Source: Octopus vulgaris | Taxonomy: Eukaryota | Assembly: GCA_951406725.2 (NCBI GenBank) | Contig: OX597814.1 | Coordinates: 110,794,001-110,858,000, forward strand | Reading direction: 5' to 3' | DNA: 64,000 nt | Shown here: piece by piece, positions 12,241 through 23,506 of the stretch | Layout of the letters: each line of letters opens with the position of its first letter | Position numbering within the stretch: the first letter of the stretch is position 1 | Translations under genes and position numbers: made by a program | Notes under the pieces: model-generated | What the model saw: the letters and a program-made list of their open reading frames with translations, nothing else | Database searches by the model: none | What the model was told of the DNA's origin: nothing

Positions 12241-12449
12241 TTAACCCTTTCGATACCAACCCAGTTGAAACTGCCTCTGGCTCTGTAGTACAAATGTCTT
12301 GTTTTTGTAAGTTCTGAATTAAAATCTTCCACCAAACCTTAGTCACAATTTATGTTCCTAACACTAGCTGAATGATGACTGTTATTTTACTAAATTAATT
12401 GAAAGAAACAGAGAGCATCTCCAAATAAATATGGTAATGAAAGGGTTAA
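12241..12449 (+). mobile_element. piggyBac-type MITE family D
   Basis: TTAA-CCCTTTCGATACC ... GGTAATGAAAGGG-TTAA; inserted at the TTAA of a family A SINE. Confidence 0.9.
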
Positions 12450-12897
12450 ACCACACAGCTATGTCTTCACATCAACATAATTATACAAGATACATTTAAG
12501 CACTGACCACATATGTAGAGTTGGGGTGGACTGGTGAGATTGTTAGTGTTGGGCATGTTGTTGGCTCTTTTGTGGCTCTTAGTCATCTCCTCCTCATTTA
12601 ACATTTGCTTTCTGTGCTGGCATGGGTTGAATGATTCGACAGGAGCTTGTAAGCTGGAGAGTCACACCAGGCTCCAGTTATCTGTTTTGACATGGTTTCT
12701 ACAGCTCAATGCTTTTCTGAACACCAACCACTTTACAAAGTGCACTGGGTGCTTTTTGCATGGCACCAGCGTGCATGTGTTTTGCAATGACACTGATACC
12801 AAGCTGTATTGGTCCAAGTTGGGATCCTTTCCCTTAAATAAACATCAGTGGTGTGAAGGGAAAAGGCATGCATGCATATGCAGCTGCTAGTCTTCCT

Positions 12898-13124
12898 TTA
12901 ACCCTTTAGCATTCAGATTACTCTGTCAAATGTAAAGCCTGTTTAATCACATTGTTTTAAAAATAATTGTACAGCATCTTGTAATTCTGAGATTTTGATG
13001 ATGTCCGTTTATTTTTAGAATGACTTTGTAGGGTAGGTGTGAGAGGTCAGAGCTGGTTGGTTTGAGCATAAAACAGGAAGACAATTTTGACCTGATATGG
13101 CCGGTTTAAACACTAAATGGTTAA
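12898..13124. mobile_element. piggyBac-type MITE family E
   Basis: TTAA-CCCTTTAGCATTCAGA ... TTTAAACACTAAATGG-TTAA; second copy at 17782-18000. Confidence 0.8.
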
Positions 13125-14573
13125 AAGGAAAAGTCCAGGCCTGCACATGTGAGCAGTTGCACGGCTCACCTTGACCAGTGGGAGTGGGGCATTACAAACT
13201 AAAAGTGAACTTGATTTGGCTACTTTGGTTCATGTTGTCTTATCAATTAAGCTATGCTGATTATACACAAATTATCTAAATGAATTATAATTGTAGCTAT
13301 TGAATTAAGTTTTGACTGATGTGAATATAATTCAGTTATTGTCATTTCAGTAAGCAATTAAATTTAACTAAAAAAAAAAAAGAGAAAAAATATTCATTTA
13401 GAATTTTAAATCAGCCAATAAGTAAAGAAAAAGAATATTGCAAATGAATATCTAATCAATATTAATATTTTAAGTGTTTTACAGTTTGGCCTCTGTGTGT
13501 GTGTGTGTTAGGCATTTTAAAAGGCATTCTTTGTATAGTTAAATAGGTTCTAAGTTGTATTGAAAACTTCTGTACTAAAGTATTTCACTGTTTTGAAACT
13601 AAATTTAATAATTGACCCTCTTTTTTTCATTGTAAGGGAGATACTCTAGATATCTGACATTAGACTGTTTTGGAAATATGCCTGGAGTTGTGATCAAACT
13701 GCCAAAGATGGCTTAGCCTCCTCCCGTCACACTTATTCTGCTTTAATTAAAATTCCAGAGTTGTCTCCCTTGCTTTACTTGACTAGAATTAATCATCAAG
13801 ATATATCGATATTTTTTTCTCCCCTCTTCAGATGTAATTTTCATGAAGTTTTAATTAAAACTTCTGGGAGTTTCTCCATCAAATAATATAAGCTGATAAA
13901 ATATAGTGTCCACTTCTTTATCTGTGAGTAGTTGTGATATTAGTTGTAATCAAAGCTGCATTACTCTTTCCAGTCTCAGAGGATGATTAACAAAGGTCAT
14001 GGCCACTCCTCTTCTTCCTTTGACTAATTTGTATAAAAGAAAGACTTACTAGCAGACATTATTACTTCCATTCTCATGCCTAATCAAGTTCTGTTAGTTT
14101 TTAATACTTAATTGTTTCTAAAATTTCTTTAAATGTGATAAATCCACACTGTGAGTTAAATAAAAATGTAAACACTTTTTTTTTTGTATGCTACTGATGC
14201 AGGATAGAAAAAGGAGCGAGTCTCTTGATAGACTGTTTCATGGTTTGTTGACCATTCCTCAGAGAAAACTTACTTTGCTACCCCTCAACTGTAGGGGACC
14301 TTGGAGAAAGCCAGCAGATGATTTGTTGATGGAAAAAGGCAACATTACTGCTTGTAGATCAGGAATTTTTGAATGAGCATGAAACTACTACTATATAATA
14401 CACATACACAGAGGCTTCTTTCAGTTTCTATTTACCAAATCTACACACAAGGTTTGGGCTGTCCTGGATAAGACACTTGACGCTGAAGGTGCTGTGCAGT
14501 GGGACTGAACCTGAAACCATATTTCATGGTAGTTAACTACTTAACTACTTCACCATGCAGTCATGCCTGTGCC

Positions 14574-14617
<44 letters not shown>

Positions 14618-14958
14618 TTGCCAGAGCGGCTATCTGGCCTCCATGCCGGTGGCACGTAAAAGACACCATTTGAACGTGATCGTTACCAGCGTCGCCTTAC
14701 TGGCACCTGTGCCGGTGGCATTTGTAAAAGATTTGAGCGAGGTCGTTGCCAGCACTGCCTGACTGGCCCCGTGCCAGTGGCACGTAAAAAGCACCCACTA
14801 CACTCTCGGAGTGGTTGGCATTAGGAAGGGCATACAGCTGTAGAAACTCTGCCAGATCAAGATTGAAGCCTGATGCAGCCATCTGGTTCGCCAGCCCTCA
14901 GTCAATCGTCCAACTCATGCTAGCATGGAAAGCGGACGTTAAATGATGATGATGATGA
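14618..14958 (+). mobile_element. RTE LINE 3' fragment
   Basis: Same tail as 2128-2622, with CpGs largely retained. Confidence 0.8.
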
Positions 14959-16543
14959 TACATGCAGAGAGAGAGAGATAGAGAGTGAATAAATATTACA
15001 AATTAAATCTGGTATGAATTATTTCATACTTGCCATATCTCTTGTATCTAGTTTCTAGATTTTCTGATAATGACGCCATAGATTTCTAGCTAATTACAAG
15101 AAGTGGTTCTTCTTCTGCTTTTATTATCTTCTTGGACACATAACACTAGATTAAAAATATTTTTGTTGGATAAAACTGTGTAAGATAAGTAATGCTTGGT
15201 TTTGTTCAGAACTCAACTGCATTAGTTTTAGCCATTTTTTTTTTCATTTCTTCATAATTATAACCAGTCATGCAAACCAATGTCATCTACCAGATTAGTT
15301 ACTTGAACAATCAATCAATCTGTGAGTTGAATTTAACATTTTACAGTTGACTGAAGACCTCAAATGATTCTGTTATATTTAGTCTTTGGTTCATTTTCGT
15401 GATTACATATCACCAGTTGGTCTGTTGAAGGTCTTGATACATACATGCATGCATACATGTGTGTGTGAGAGAGAGAAAGAGAGATCATTGTTTTCTTACA
15501 TCCATTTTTTTTTCTTGATTGCATCTGTCAGATAATTTGTTGTGGCAGATATTCTACAAACCAGATACTCTTCCTGTTGCCAACCCTCACCTGATTCCAA
15601 GCAAACTAATAGTTTTCCTTGGCCAGATGTGTTTTGCGTGGAAGATTAGACAACATTGCTTGGATGACAATGATTCTCATTTTACAAACCTCTCATTATG
15701 TTAAGACATGCACGTGCACACACACACACGTGTCTGTCTACCAAATTCACACAAAAACTTTGGCTGACCTGGGGCTATAGTGGAAGATATTTACCCAAGG
15801 TGCTGCACAGTGGAACCAAACCATATGCCTGTAATTATATATGTAAATTGTGGTTCGTTTTGCTTCCATGCAACCATGAATTGGATGGGAATTGATTTTG
15901 AAGCAGGATTTTACAGTTTTTGAAGTAAGGGAGTTTATATTCAACAGGCCCTCAAAACCACAAAGTGTTTGACTATAATGTCAATATGGAATGTAAACAC
16001 CATTGCTATTTTGCTTAACCAATGACAGGCAAATTATCAACACAAACACACACACAGAGGTGAATATCTATGTATATTCCTATACATGACAGCCTTCACT
16101 CAACAAATTCACTCACAAGGTATTGGTCTGCCAGGGGTGGGGAGGTTAGCAGAAAACATTTGCTTGAAGGTGCCATGCAATGGAATCGAACCCCCCACTA
16201 CACCTTCTGAAACTATATGGTTGAGAAGCAAACTTCTTGCTGTACGGTTATGCCTGCACCTATGGTATATATTCTGTCTTTTGACTTGACTTTGCAAAGT
16301 GAAGATTTTCAGAGAGAGATCTCCATGTCTGTTACAGGTTTGCTGATGTGCAGTGAGTCTGTTTTAGGACAAACAGCCATGACTACAGAGGCTGCACAAG
16401 AAGGCAGGTTGGTTGTGGTGTCCTTGTTTCTTATTTTACTTCCTTCTTCTCTTGTCTGCAAGGATGGACCTACTGGCATCATCAAAGGATGCCATTGCCT
16501 GATGGACAGTGGGACGCCAGGTTTCCTGGTCATCATCATAGAT

Positions 16544-16745
16544 CAGGGTTCTCAACAGGGGTCCACATACAATTTTGTTGTCAAAATTTGTACAATAAAT
16601 TTTAAAATATTTTAACAGTTTTTTTAACTACAATTCTTAATAATGTATAATTCTAAAAATATAGCAGGGTTTTTAAAACTTCAAATGGGTCCACGCAAGT
16701 AGGAATCAAAGGGGTCCATAGGCAAAAAATGGTTGAGAATCATTA
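16544..16745. mobile_element. hAT (Charlie-like) MITE
   Basis: CAGGGTTCTCAAC ... GTTGAGAATCATTA termini with near-duplicated flanks TCATAGAT/TCATAGAC. Confidence 0.7.
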
Positions 16746-17064
16746 TCATAGACTATTAATATCAACAACTTTCCATATATATTGTCTTAGTATTGAAAAT
16801 GGATCACTTTTTTCTGTCCTGAGATGCTGTTGCCATCAGTATTCAATCTCTTCAATTTGTTTCACTGTGTTCACCCCGATTTCTCATACAGTTACCTTGA
16901 ATTGAGTGTTTGCCTTGGCAATCATGTTCTTTCCATTCTCTGGACATCCCTAAGGAAGCAGAAGTTTTACTGTACTGAAATCTTTTCAGTGGTGGAGAGC
17001 TTTTTCATCTTTCCTGATGATCTTCAGGACTAGTCTTAGAAGCCTCATCATGAATATGTGTAAC

Positions 17065-17123
<59 letters not shown>

Positions 17124-17781
17124 ATATTTTGCCGAGTTTATTTCTATAATAACATTTAAACATGATGCTAATTAGAAAGACAATATTTATCACCTGAAAC
17201 AGTCTGTATTACTATGATTAATACAGCTGTTTCTGATCAACCACTATGGAATTTCCAATCGCTTTCACTGGCATGTTTGAAGTGTGTGTGTTTGTGTATA
17301 CATATATATACACACACACATATATATATATATACACACATACACACACATACATTATGAAAAGCTGCGACAACCAAAGTGATAAGATAGTGGTTGCTAG
17401 CCTAAAAATTCTCTCACTTAATCTTGATACTGCTACTCACTTTCAACCTGGCTATTTTATGATAAATAATGGCTTTTGTACATAATGCAAATCATATTCT
17501 TATCTATCAACTCACTAAGTTCAAATCCTCTACTAATTACTGGTGCCAACAGAAGAAACTTTTTATCCTATAAGGAATCTTGATTTATGTCTTTATTATG
17601 AATCTTGAGGTTATTTCATGCTTAACATCTTAACATCGGATTGTTGATATACAAACACCTTGTAGCCACTGGCACAAACTTGTTTCCTTGTTCCGTTGGG
17701 AGTTGTGAGCTGGCAGAATCTTTAGAGTATTTTGAGGAAAAAAATGTACTTTGCAGTATTTCTTCTGGTTGTTTACATCGT

Positions 17782-18000
17782 TTAACCATTTAGCATTCAG
17801 ATTTCTCTGTCGAATGTGATGCTTATTTATTCATGTTGATTTGAATGAATCATGCAATACCTTGTAGCCTTGAGACTTCATTGATGTGATTGTTTATTCT
17901 TTGAATGATATTGAGCAAGAGGCCAGATGTGACCAGTTTGAAGATAAAATAGGTAAGATATTTTGGCCGGATATGGTCAGTTTAAATGCTAAAGGGTTAA
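17782..18000. mobile_element. piggyBac-type MITE family E
   Basis: TTAA-CCATTTAGCATTCAGA ... TTTAAATGCTAAAGGG-TTAA. Confidence 0.85.
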
Positions 18001-18883
18001 ATTGCACTGAGAACAGCTTTGCTTTTCATACCCATGACTACTGAATTTACCAATTAGGAAGATTTATGGAAGCTCCAATATTTCTAATGTAATTAATTGT
18101 TTTTGCCTTGTAGCTCAAGTTGAATTAAAAGAAACAAAGAAAACCCTATCACTATAATCTTGAAGGCATCAAAATGATATCCATATCTGTGACTGTAGTG
18201 ATTTTGTGTGCTAACAATGGTACACCTCTCGTCCAGGAGTTAATGGAACAAGGCCTGTATCTAATGTTTAAAGGGATATTGGGATATGAAGAGAAAATCC
18301 ATCAGTATAACAAGTGTTAATCAGTCTGGCAAAGATAAACGGATTAACCGAATATCCTTCAACATATCTCCAACCAACTAGAAGCACCACCGCTTGGCTA
18401 AGTCCAATGTAGAGTGAGGAATTTCCTCATAACAAGGAGCCATGATGAATTTCTAATAATTGCTTTTTTTGTTTTTAAATTACCCTCAAACCCTTATGAC
18501 ATAATATTATTTACTTTGGAGCACCATCATCATCATTACCACCATTATTTTATTTCAACGTCTCATAGTTTTGTGGCTCCACCCTAATAAACTTGTATAT
18601 GAGAATGTATAATAGGATCATTTTTCATATTTTTCACAGTCAAGTGATTGCTTTTCCTTAATGTAATCATGCATAATTTCCACCAGCCATGTTGTCACCA
18701 CATCACTTAGTGATATGATATTGACTTGGTTTAATTAAAGAAGAATGGCTTGATTGGAAAATATGCTTAGTTATTATACTAAATCATTCTTCTTTGCTAT
18801 AGATTTATAGTCATCATCATCATTTAATGTCAGTCTCCCGTGCTGGCATGAGTTGGATGTTCTGACAGGAGGCAATGAGTCAC

Positions 18884-19160
18884 AATAGTTTCCAAAGTGG
18901 GCGGTATTACCCTCCCACCCCGGAGCAGTGGAAAGTTCCCAGGAGGTGTTGAAGAAAAGTGGGGCAATAACGAGGTATCAATTCATGTAAAAACAACAAA
19001 ATATGTATTCGTCTGGTTAAGTTTTATTTGTTAAATATAGTTGCTTTGAATTTGCTACAGAAAGAGGTGTATGTTTGCAATGGTTGGTTGGAGTGGGAGC
19101 TCTCGGAATGTGGCCTGGGTGTCAAGGGCGTGGCAGCCCGCAAACGTTTGGGAGCCACTG
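18884..19160. mobile_element. hAT-like non-autonomous element interrupting an RTE fragment
   Basis: CAATAGTTTCCAAAGTGGGCGG ... CAAACGTTTGGGAGCCACTG termini; RTE sequence resumes after it; TSD not clear. Confidence 0.5.
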
Positions 19161-19427
19161 AGCTAGAGCATAGCATTGAACTCCTGTGTCTGTTTTGGCA
19201 TGGTTCTATGATTGGATACACTTCCATATGCCACTCACTTTACAGTGTGTACTGGTTGTTTTTTGTTTTTTTCATGACACTGGCATTAGTGAAGCCACCA
19301 AATAAAACTTGCACGACAAAAAGATCCCTTAGCTGAGTGAGGTTGTATTAGAGAAGGAGATTTTATGATAATCTGATGAGACGAAGCTGATTTACAGTGA
19401 AACTTCAAAGTTACTGTCAACCTTTTC

Positions 19428-19528
19428 TATGTACAAATGGCGGAGGTAAAGAATACATACACCTGGTTTTTTGCATAACAAAAACCCTAACCATGAGGTG
19501 TGCGTATTCTTTACCTTTGCCGTACATA
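19428..19528. mobile_element. ~100-bp MITE with ~30-bp TIRs
   Basis: GGCGGAGGTAAAGAATACATACACCT versus AGGTGTGCGTATTCTTTACCTTTGCC, flanked by TATGTAC/GTACATA; centre contains AACCCTAACC. Confidence 0.7.
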
Positions 19529-20079
19529 TATATCATATACTTTATTTAATGATGCCAACCCACCTGTGACAGCCTATGGTTCTATAATACAAACTTCTTG
19601 TTTTAGAGAGATCATCTTCATTTAATGTCTGTTTTCCATGCTGTCATAGGTTAGATTTGTCAGGAGCTGGTAAGCCAGATGACTGCACCAAGCTACACTG
19701 TCTGTTTTGGCATGGTTTTTACAGCTGGTTGCCCTTCCTAATGCCAACCACTTTATAAAGTGGTCTCAGTGCTTTTTACATGAGATCTAAATTAAAACCT
19801 TTCATAGAAATTTCATATTAATTTATGTTTCAAACAATGACAGTTATTTTACTAAATTCTTCGTTAGTTTTAAAATTATTTCAAACCAATGGAGTGTCTT
19901 TCATTAGAAATATTAACAAAAACGATTTGATTTGAATTAAAATCTTGTAAAAAAAAAAAAAATTCTTAGTAATTTGTTAGAAAAGTGGTAACAAAAGGGC
20001 TTAAATATTTTGCACGATCCTTCAATAAATTTTTTTATTGTTTTTATGTATAATTGGAGAGAGAGAGAGAGAGAGAGAA

Positions 20080-20507
20080 CAACGTATAAACTATGCCATA
20101 TTTTCCGGATGACAAGTCGACGTAGTTATATAAACATAGAATGTAAACATACAAACATCGTCACTACCTTTCGAGGTCGACCTTCCCTTTTTTTTTTTGT
20201 GGGTGTAAACTTTGATCTGAAAAATTCAACACGTATTATGTATTACTGGAAGATGTTTATGAGCAACAACATTGATAATGAACATGTCATCAAATTGCTA
20301 CAGCGGGGTGGGGGGATTTGATATCGCATACTCGAGTCACGTGTTGCGTATCGTTTGCACGGGGGGGGGGGGGGAGTGATGGTAATAATGCACTAACGTT
20401 TGTGGTGGTGGCGGCAGCGGCGTTGGGAATGATACAGCTGATTTTTATGGTGACTTGACACACGTGACTCTCCTGTTTTTAGTGCTTCTAGGAGTCAACT
20501 GAGTCCG

Positions 20508-20581
<74 letters not shown>

Positions 20582-22020
20582 TCTGCCTCGTCTCTCAAAA
20601 TAGTATCAGATTTTAAAAGAGATCATATCACAGAAGTCGACTTTAGCACCGTTGATCAAAGCTGGATAAACGAATGATTTTTGTCCCTTTTGTTCCGTTT
20701 CCAGATATTTTCTTTTTATCACTTTTCAAAGAAATAGAAAACAACTTTCACTTTCTACGTGTCCCGTCGCTTCTTAGTCTGCTTTCTCTAACTTACAACT
20801 GGATTACTCCTTTACAATGTGGATAGCTTCAAACCCACTTGTAAATATTTACATTTGTGAACGATAAACAGCAAAAGCTGGTTATTTACGTAGAAATTGA
20901 AACCAGCAAAATCTCTCGAGGGATGTCTGCTAACAAATGTTGGCTTAACTTTTCAATGTAATAAGCCTACAAATTGGGTTAGTGGGTGTCATTACGCTTG
21001 TTGTTGTTCTTGCTACCACGTTTGTTCTTGCTTTTGTCGTCATCCCATTTGTTAGATTCCATTTTGTCAACCTCATTTTTGTTGTTGTTCTTTTTGTCAC
21101 TTTGGTGACTTAGTTATCGTTGTTGTTGCCTTTGCAATTTTTTATTGCTGTTGTCGTCATCGCTTTTATCATTGCTGGCGTCGTTGGCACCTTTGCTGCC
21201 GTCATCGCGCTTGTTGTTGTCACATTGTTCTTGTCGACAGGCGTGCAAGAATCAACACGACAAAAACAAAATAAAATTAAAAAAAACAACAAAAAAAAAA
21301 CGAATACACAAACAATTCTGTAACAAACAGACACAATACATTCATTATCGAATACTTTCGTTCTTTAATATTTGCAAAATTTTCTTTAGAAAAAGATAGC
21401 TCTGTGATATAGTTCAAGAAACATATCAAGTTTATGTAATAGTGGGCGGCGATGGTGAGGAGGACTCGAATCAGGTGGAAAAAGAAAAGAAAATCACCAG
21501 AAATCAATAACTGATTTCATTTTGTTTTTGTTTTGTGGTTTTAAGATATTGAATTCGTGATTTTTCTTTTCATTTTTTCTTTCCACATCCATATAACGTC
21601 ATTATATAAATTGTTTCATTCATTGTGTAACAAGTTATATATTGTCACTTATAAACGACTGGAAATGTTTTTTTTTTCATTTCTGGTATATAAATACGTG
21701 ACTATTTTCTTGTAACTTTTTCCTAGATAAAATCCACCCCACCCTTTTTTATGGTATTTCCGTTCACATCGTCTCCCCCACCACTCCCGGTAAATGTGAA
21801 ACAATACTTCGGAGTAAAACGAAAGAAATATTTTCTTTTCTCATATACACACAGCCGTTGTATATTATAACGTTCTGAAGAATTAAGTACTCAATACAAA
21901 CGTCGAATGTAGTAGTTTATTTAGCCTGTTATTCTGGAGATTTCACAGCATCAATCGGGACAAAGACATCAAAACGGATCCTTCAAACAGACACTGCCCA
22001 GGCCAAACTAGGGCGTGTGG
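20080..22020 (+). promoter_or_regulatory. CpG-retaining promoter-like island and probable first (non-coding) exon
   Basis: CpGs are frequent here but scarce elsewhere outside young repeats; no SINEs in this stretch; two CACGTG E-boxes (20338, 20461), a G-run and a (CA)n(CT)n tract; ends at GGGCGTGTG|GTAAGC donor (~22019/22020). No ATG-initiated frame leads into the donor. Confidence 0.55.
20509..20583. repeat. (CA)n(CACT)n(CT)n compound microsatellite
   Basis: Direct reading. Confidence 0.95.
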
Positions 22021-22051
22021 TAAGCCTACTGTCTCTCTCTCTTTCTCTCTC

Positions 22052-22083
<32 letters not shown>

Positions 22084-22566
22084 TTTAAAAAGGTGGAGTT
22101 TTTTCAGCTTATAAAGCCTGCACCACCTTGATCCATTAAATTTTGGCGTAGATCTCCCAATGGGGGCTCCACTTGATTTAGTGTGCGGCGTTTTTAGCCT
22201 TCAGGTTCAAGATATATCTTGCCAACTTATTTGTAAATCTTATATCTACATTTCAGTTAGTTGCAAAAAGAAATATTGGACACTTTCAGTTTTGTTTGAA
22301 GATGGGCACTCGGTTTTCCAAAAGCTTCCCTCAAGGGAATTCCCCAATATCTATTTCCATGATCAATAGAAAGTACACCCAGTCTGTTATACACGTTTCA
22401 TTCATCTGTCATTATTTTCTTCCTTGAGGTGATCCATTACCGAACTGCTGACATCAAATGTTGTGCCATGACATTTCTTTCTATTCAGTTCTATTCAGTT
22501 AAGAGATGAATTATTATTTACATTATTTACATTTGACGGATATTTGTCCTCATCCTGTTTGTTGTT

Positions 22567-22609
22567 AACACGTTTCGGCTGATATACCCTCCAGCCTTCA
22601 TCAGGTGTC
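22567..22609 (-). ncRNA. Minimal type I hammerhead motif (cleavage triplet apparently deleted)
   Basis: GACAC-CUGAUGA-A-GGCUG gaggguauau CAGCC-GAAAC-GUGUU. Confidence 0.7.
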
Positions 22610-22768
22610 TTGGGGAAATTTTGAACCCGGGTTCTCATTCCTAAGGTATTTTTCAATGTTATTATTATTATTCAGGTCACTGCCTGGAATTGAACTCGGA
22701 ATCTTGGAGTTAGTAGCCCACGCTCTTAACCACTATGCCATATGCATAGTGGTTCAAAATTTCCCCAA

Positions 22769-22811
22769 GACACCTGATGAAGGCTGGGGTGTATATCAGC
22801 CGAAACATGTT
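22769..22811 (+). ncRNA. Minimal type I hammerhead motif (inverted copy)
   Basis: GACAC-CUGAUGA-A-GGCUG ggguguauau CAGCC-GAAAC-AUGUU. Confidence 0.7.
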
Positions 22812-22956
22812 AACAACAAACAAGATGAGGAGAACTATCCATCAGATGTAAATAATGTACAATTTCTTTCTATTGTTATTACACATTCCATTCACCCAAA
22901 CTTGTTCAACACGAAATTCTTGATTTTTTTTTCTTTGTTTGAAGATTAAAGATTTA

Positions 22957-23190
22957 ATAATAATAATAATGAAATTATTGTATATAGTGCTCAGGTGCAC
23001 CTCAACTTGTCAAAAGTGCATGTAAAGCATATGCAGTAATGTACAAATGTCTGGAAAGTGAACAGTGTATGAGTCAGATACATGATTGCGTGTGTATGGA
23101 GGGGAGAAAATCAGGTGTAGTGTTGGCGAATCTCAGGAAGCATGGAAATTTTGAAGGATGCAGTGTTCCGACAATTAACAACTGATGCCC
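22957..23190 (-). mobile_element. CR1-type LINE 3' end
   Basis: Minus frame ASVVNCRNTASFKISMLPEIRQHYT* resembles a CR1 ORF2 C-terminus (VV.....FK..L); followed by a UTR and (ATT)n tail. Confidence 0.6.
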
Positions 23191-23298
23191 AACTCCAACT
23201 CCCCCATCATCAACATCTTTATCAAGTTTATCATCATTGTGATGTAATTTCCATGATATATCTCGGAAATATTTATGTCATGGCATTACAGTTTAAAG

Positions 23299-23442
23299 CA
23301 GTGGTTCTTAAATTTTGTAATATCTGGCCCTAATCCAAAACCTGGATTTTTTTAGAGGACCCACACCAAAAAAAAGTAAAACTAGTCAAAGAAAAATGTA
23401 TGATATTAATGAGGCCCTGGGAGCTGTGGTTGAGAATTCCTT
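23299..23442. mobile_element. hAT (Charlie-like) MITE
   Basis: CAGTGGTTCTTAA ... GGTTGAGAATTCCTT with 8-bp flanks GTTTAAAG/GTTTATAG. Confidence 0.65.
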
Positions 23443-23456
23443 GTTTATAGAACTTA

Positions 23457-23506
23457 CAGTGACCTCATGAGGAAGACTTTAACAAGTCTTCCTCATGAGG
23501 TCACTG
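23457..23506. repeat. Perfect 23-bp inverted repeat with 4-nt loop
   Basis: CAGTGACCTCATGAGGAAGACTT-taac-AAGTCTTCCTCATGAGGTCACTG. Confidence 0.95.

Larger units (their letters stand above)
22511..22862 (-). mobile_element. tRNA-headed element carrying a hammerhead motif, with an inverted partial duplicate at its 5' side
   Basis: Minus-strand tRNA-like head 22745-22676 (A box TGGCATAGTGG, B box GAGTTCAATTCC); arm 22516-22628 is the reverse complement of arm 22751-22860. Confidence 0.85.

Noticed and set aside
14188-14376. 62-aa ORF after a T-rich acceptor-like site
   Set aside because: No convincing donor and no recognisable homology.
17196-17233. Hairpin containing GAAACAGCTGTA (HHR stem III-like)
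   Set aside because: No CUGANGA box at a suitable distance on either strand; at most a very decayed remnant.
21120-21323. Hydrophobic 67-aa ORF resembling a membrane peptide
   Set aside because: Arises from cryptic (GTT/GTC/GCT) trinucleotide repeats; TTG start.
22676-22745. tRNA gene
   Set aside because: A and B boxes are present, but the acceptor stem does not pair and the sequence continues into a repeat body; it is a SINE head. The same applies to 51840-51910.
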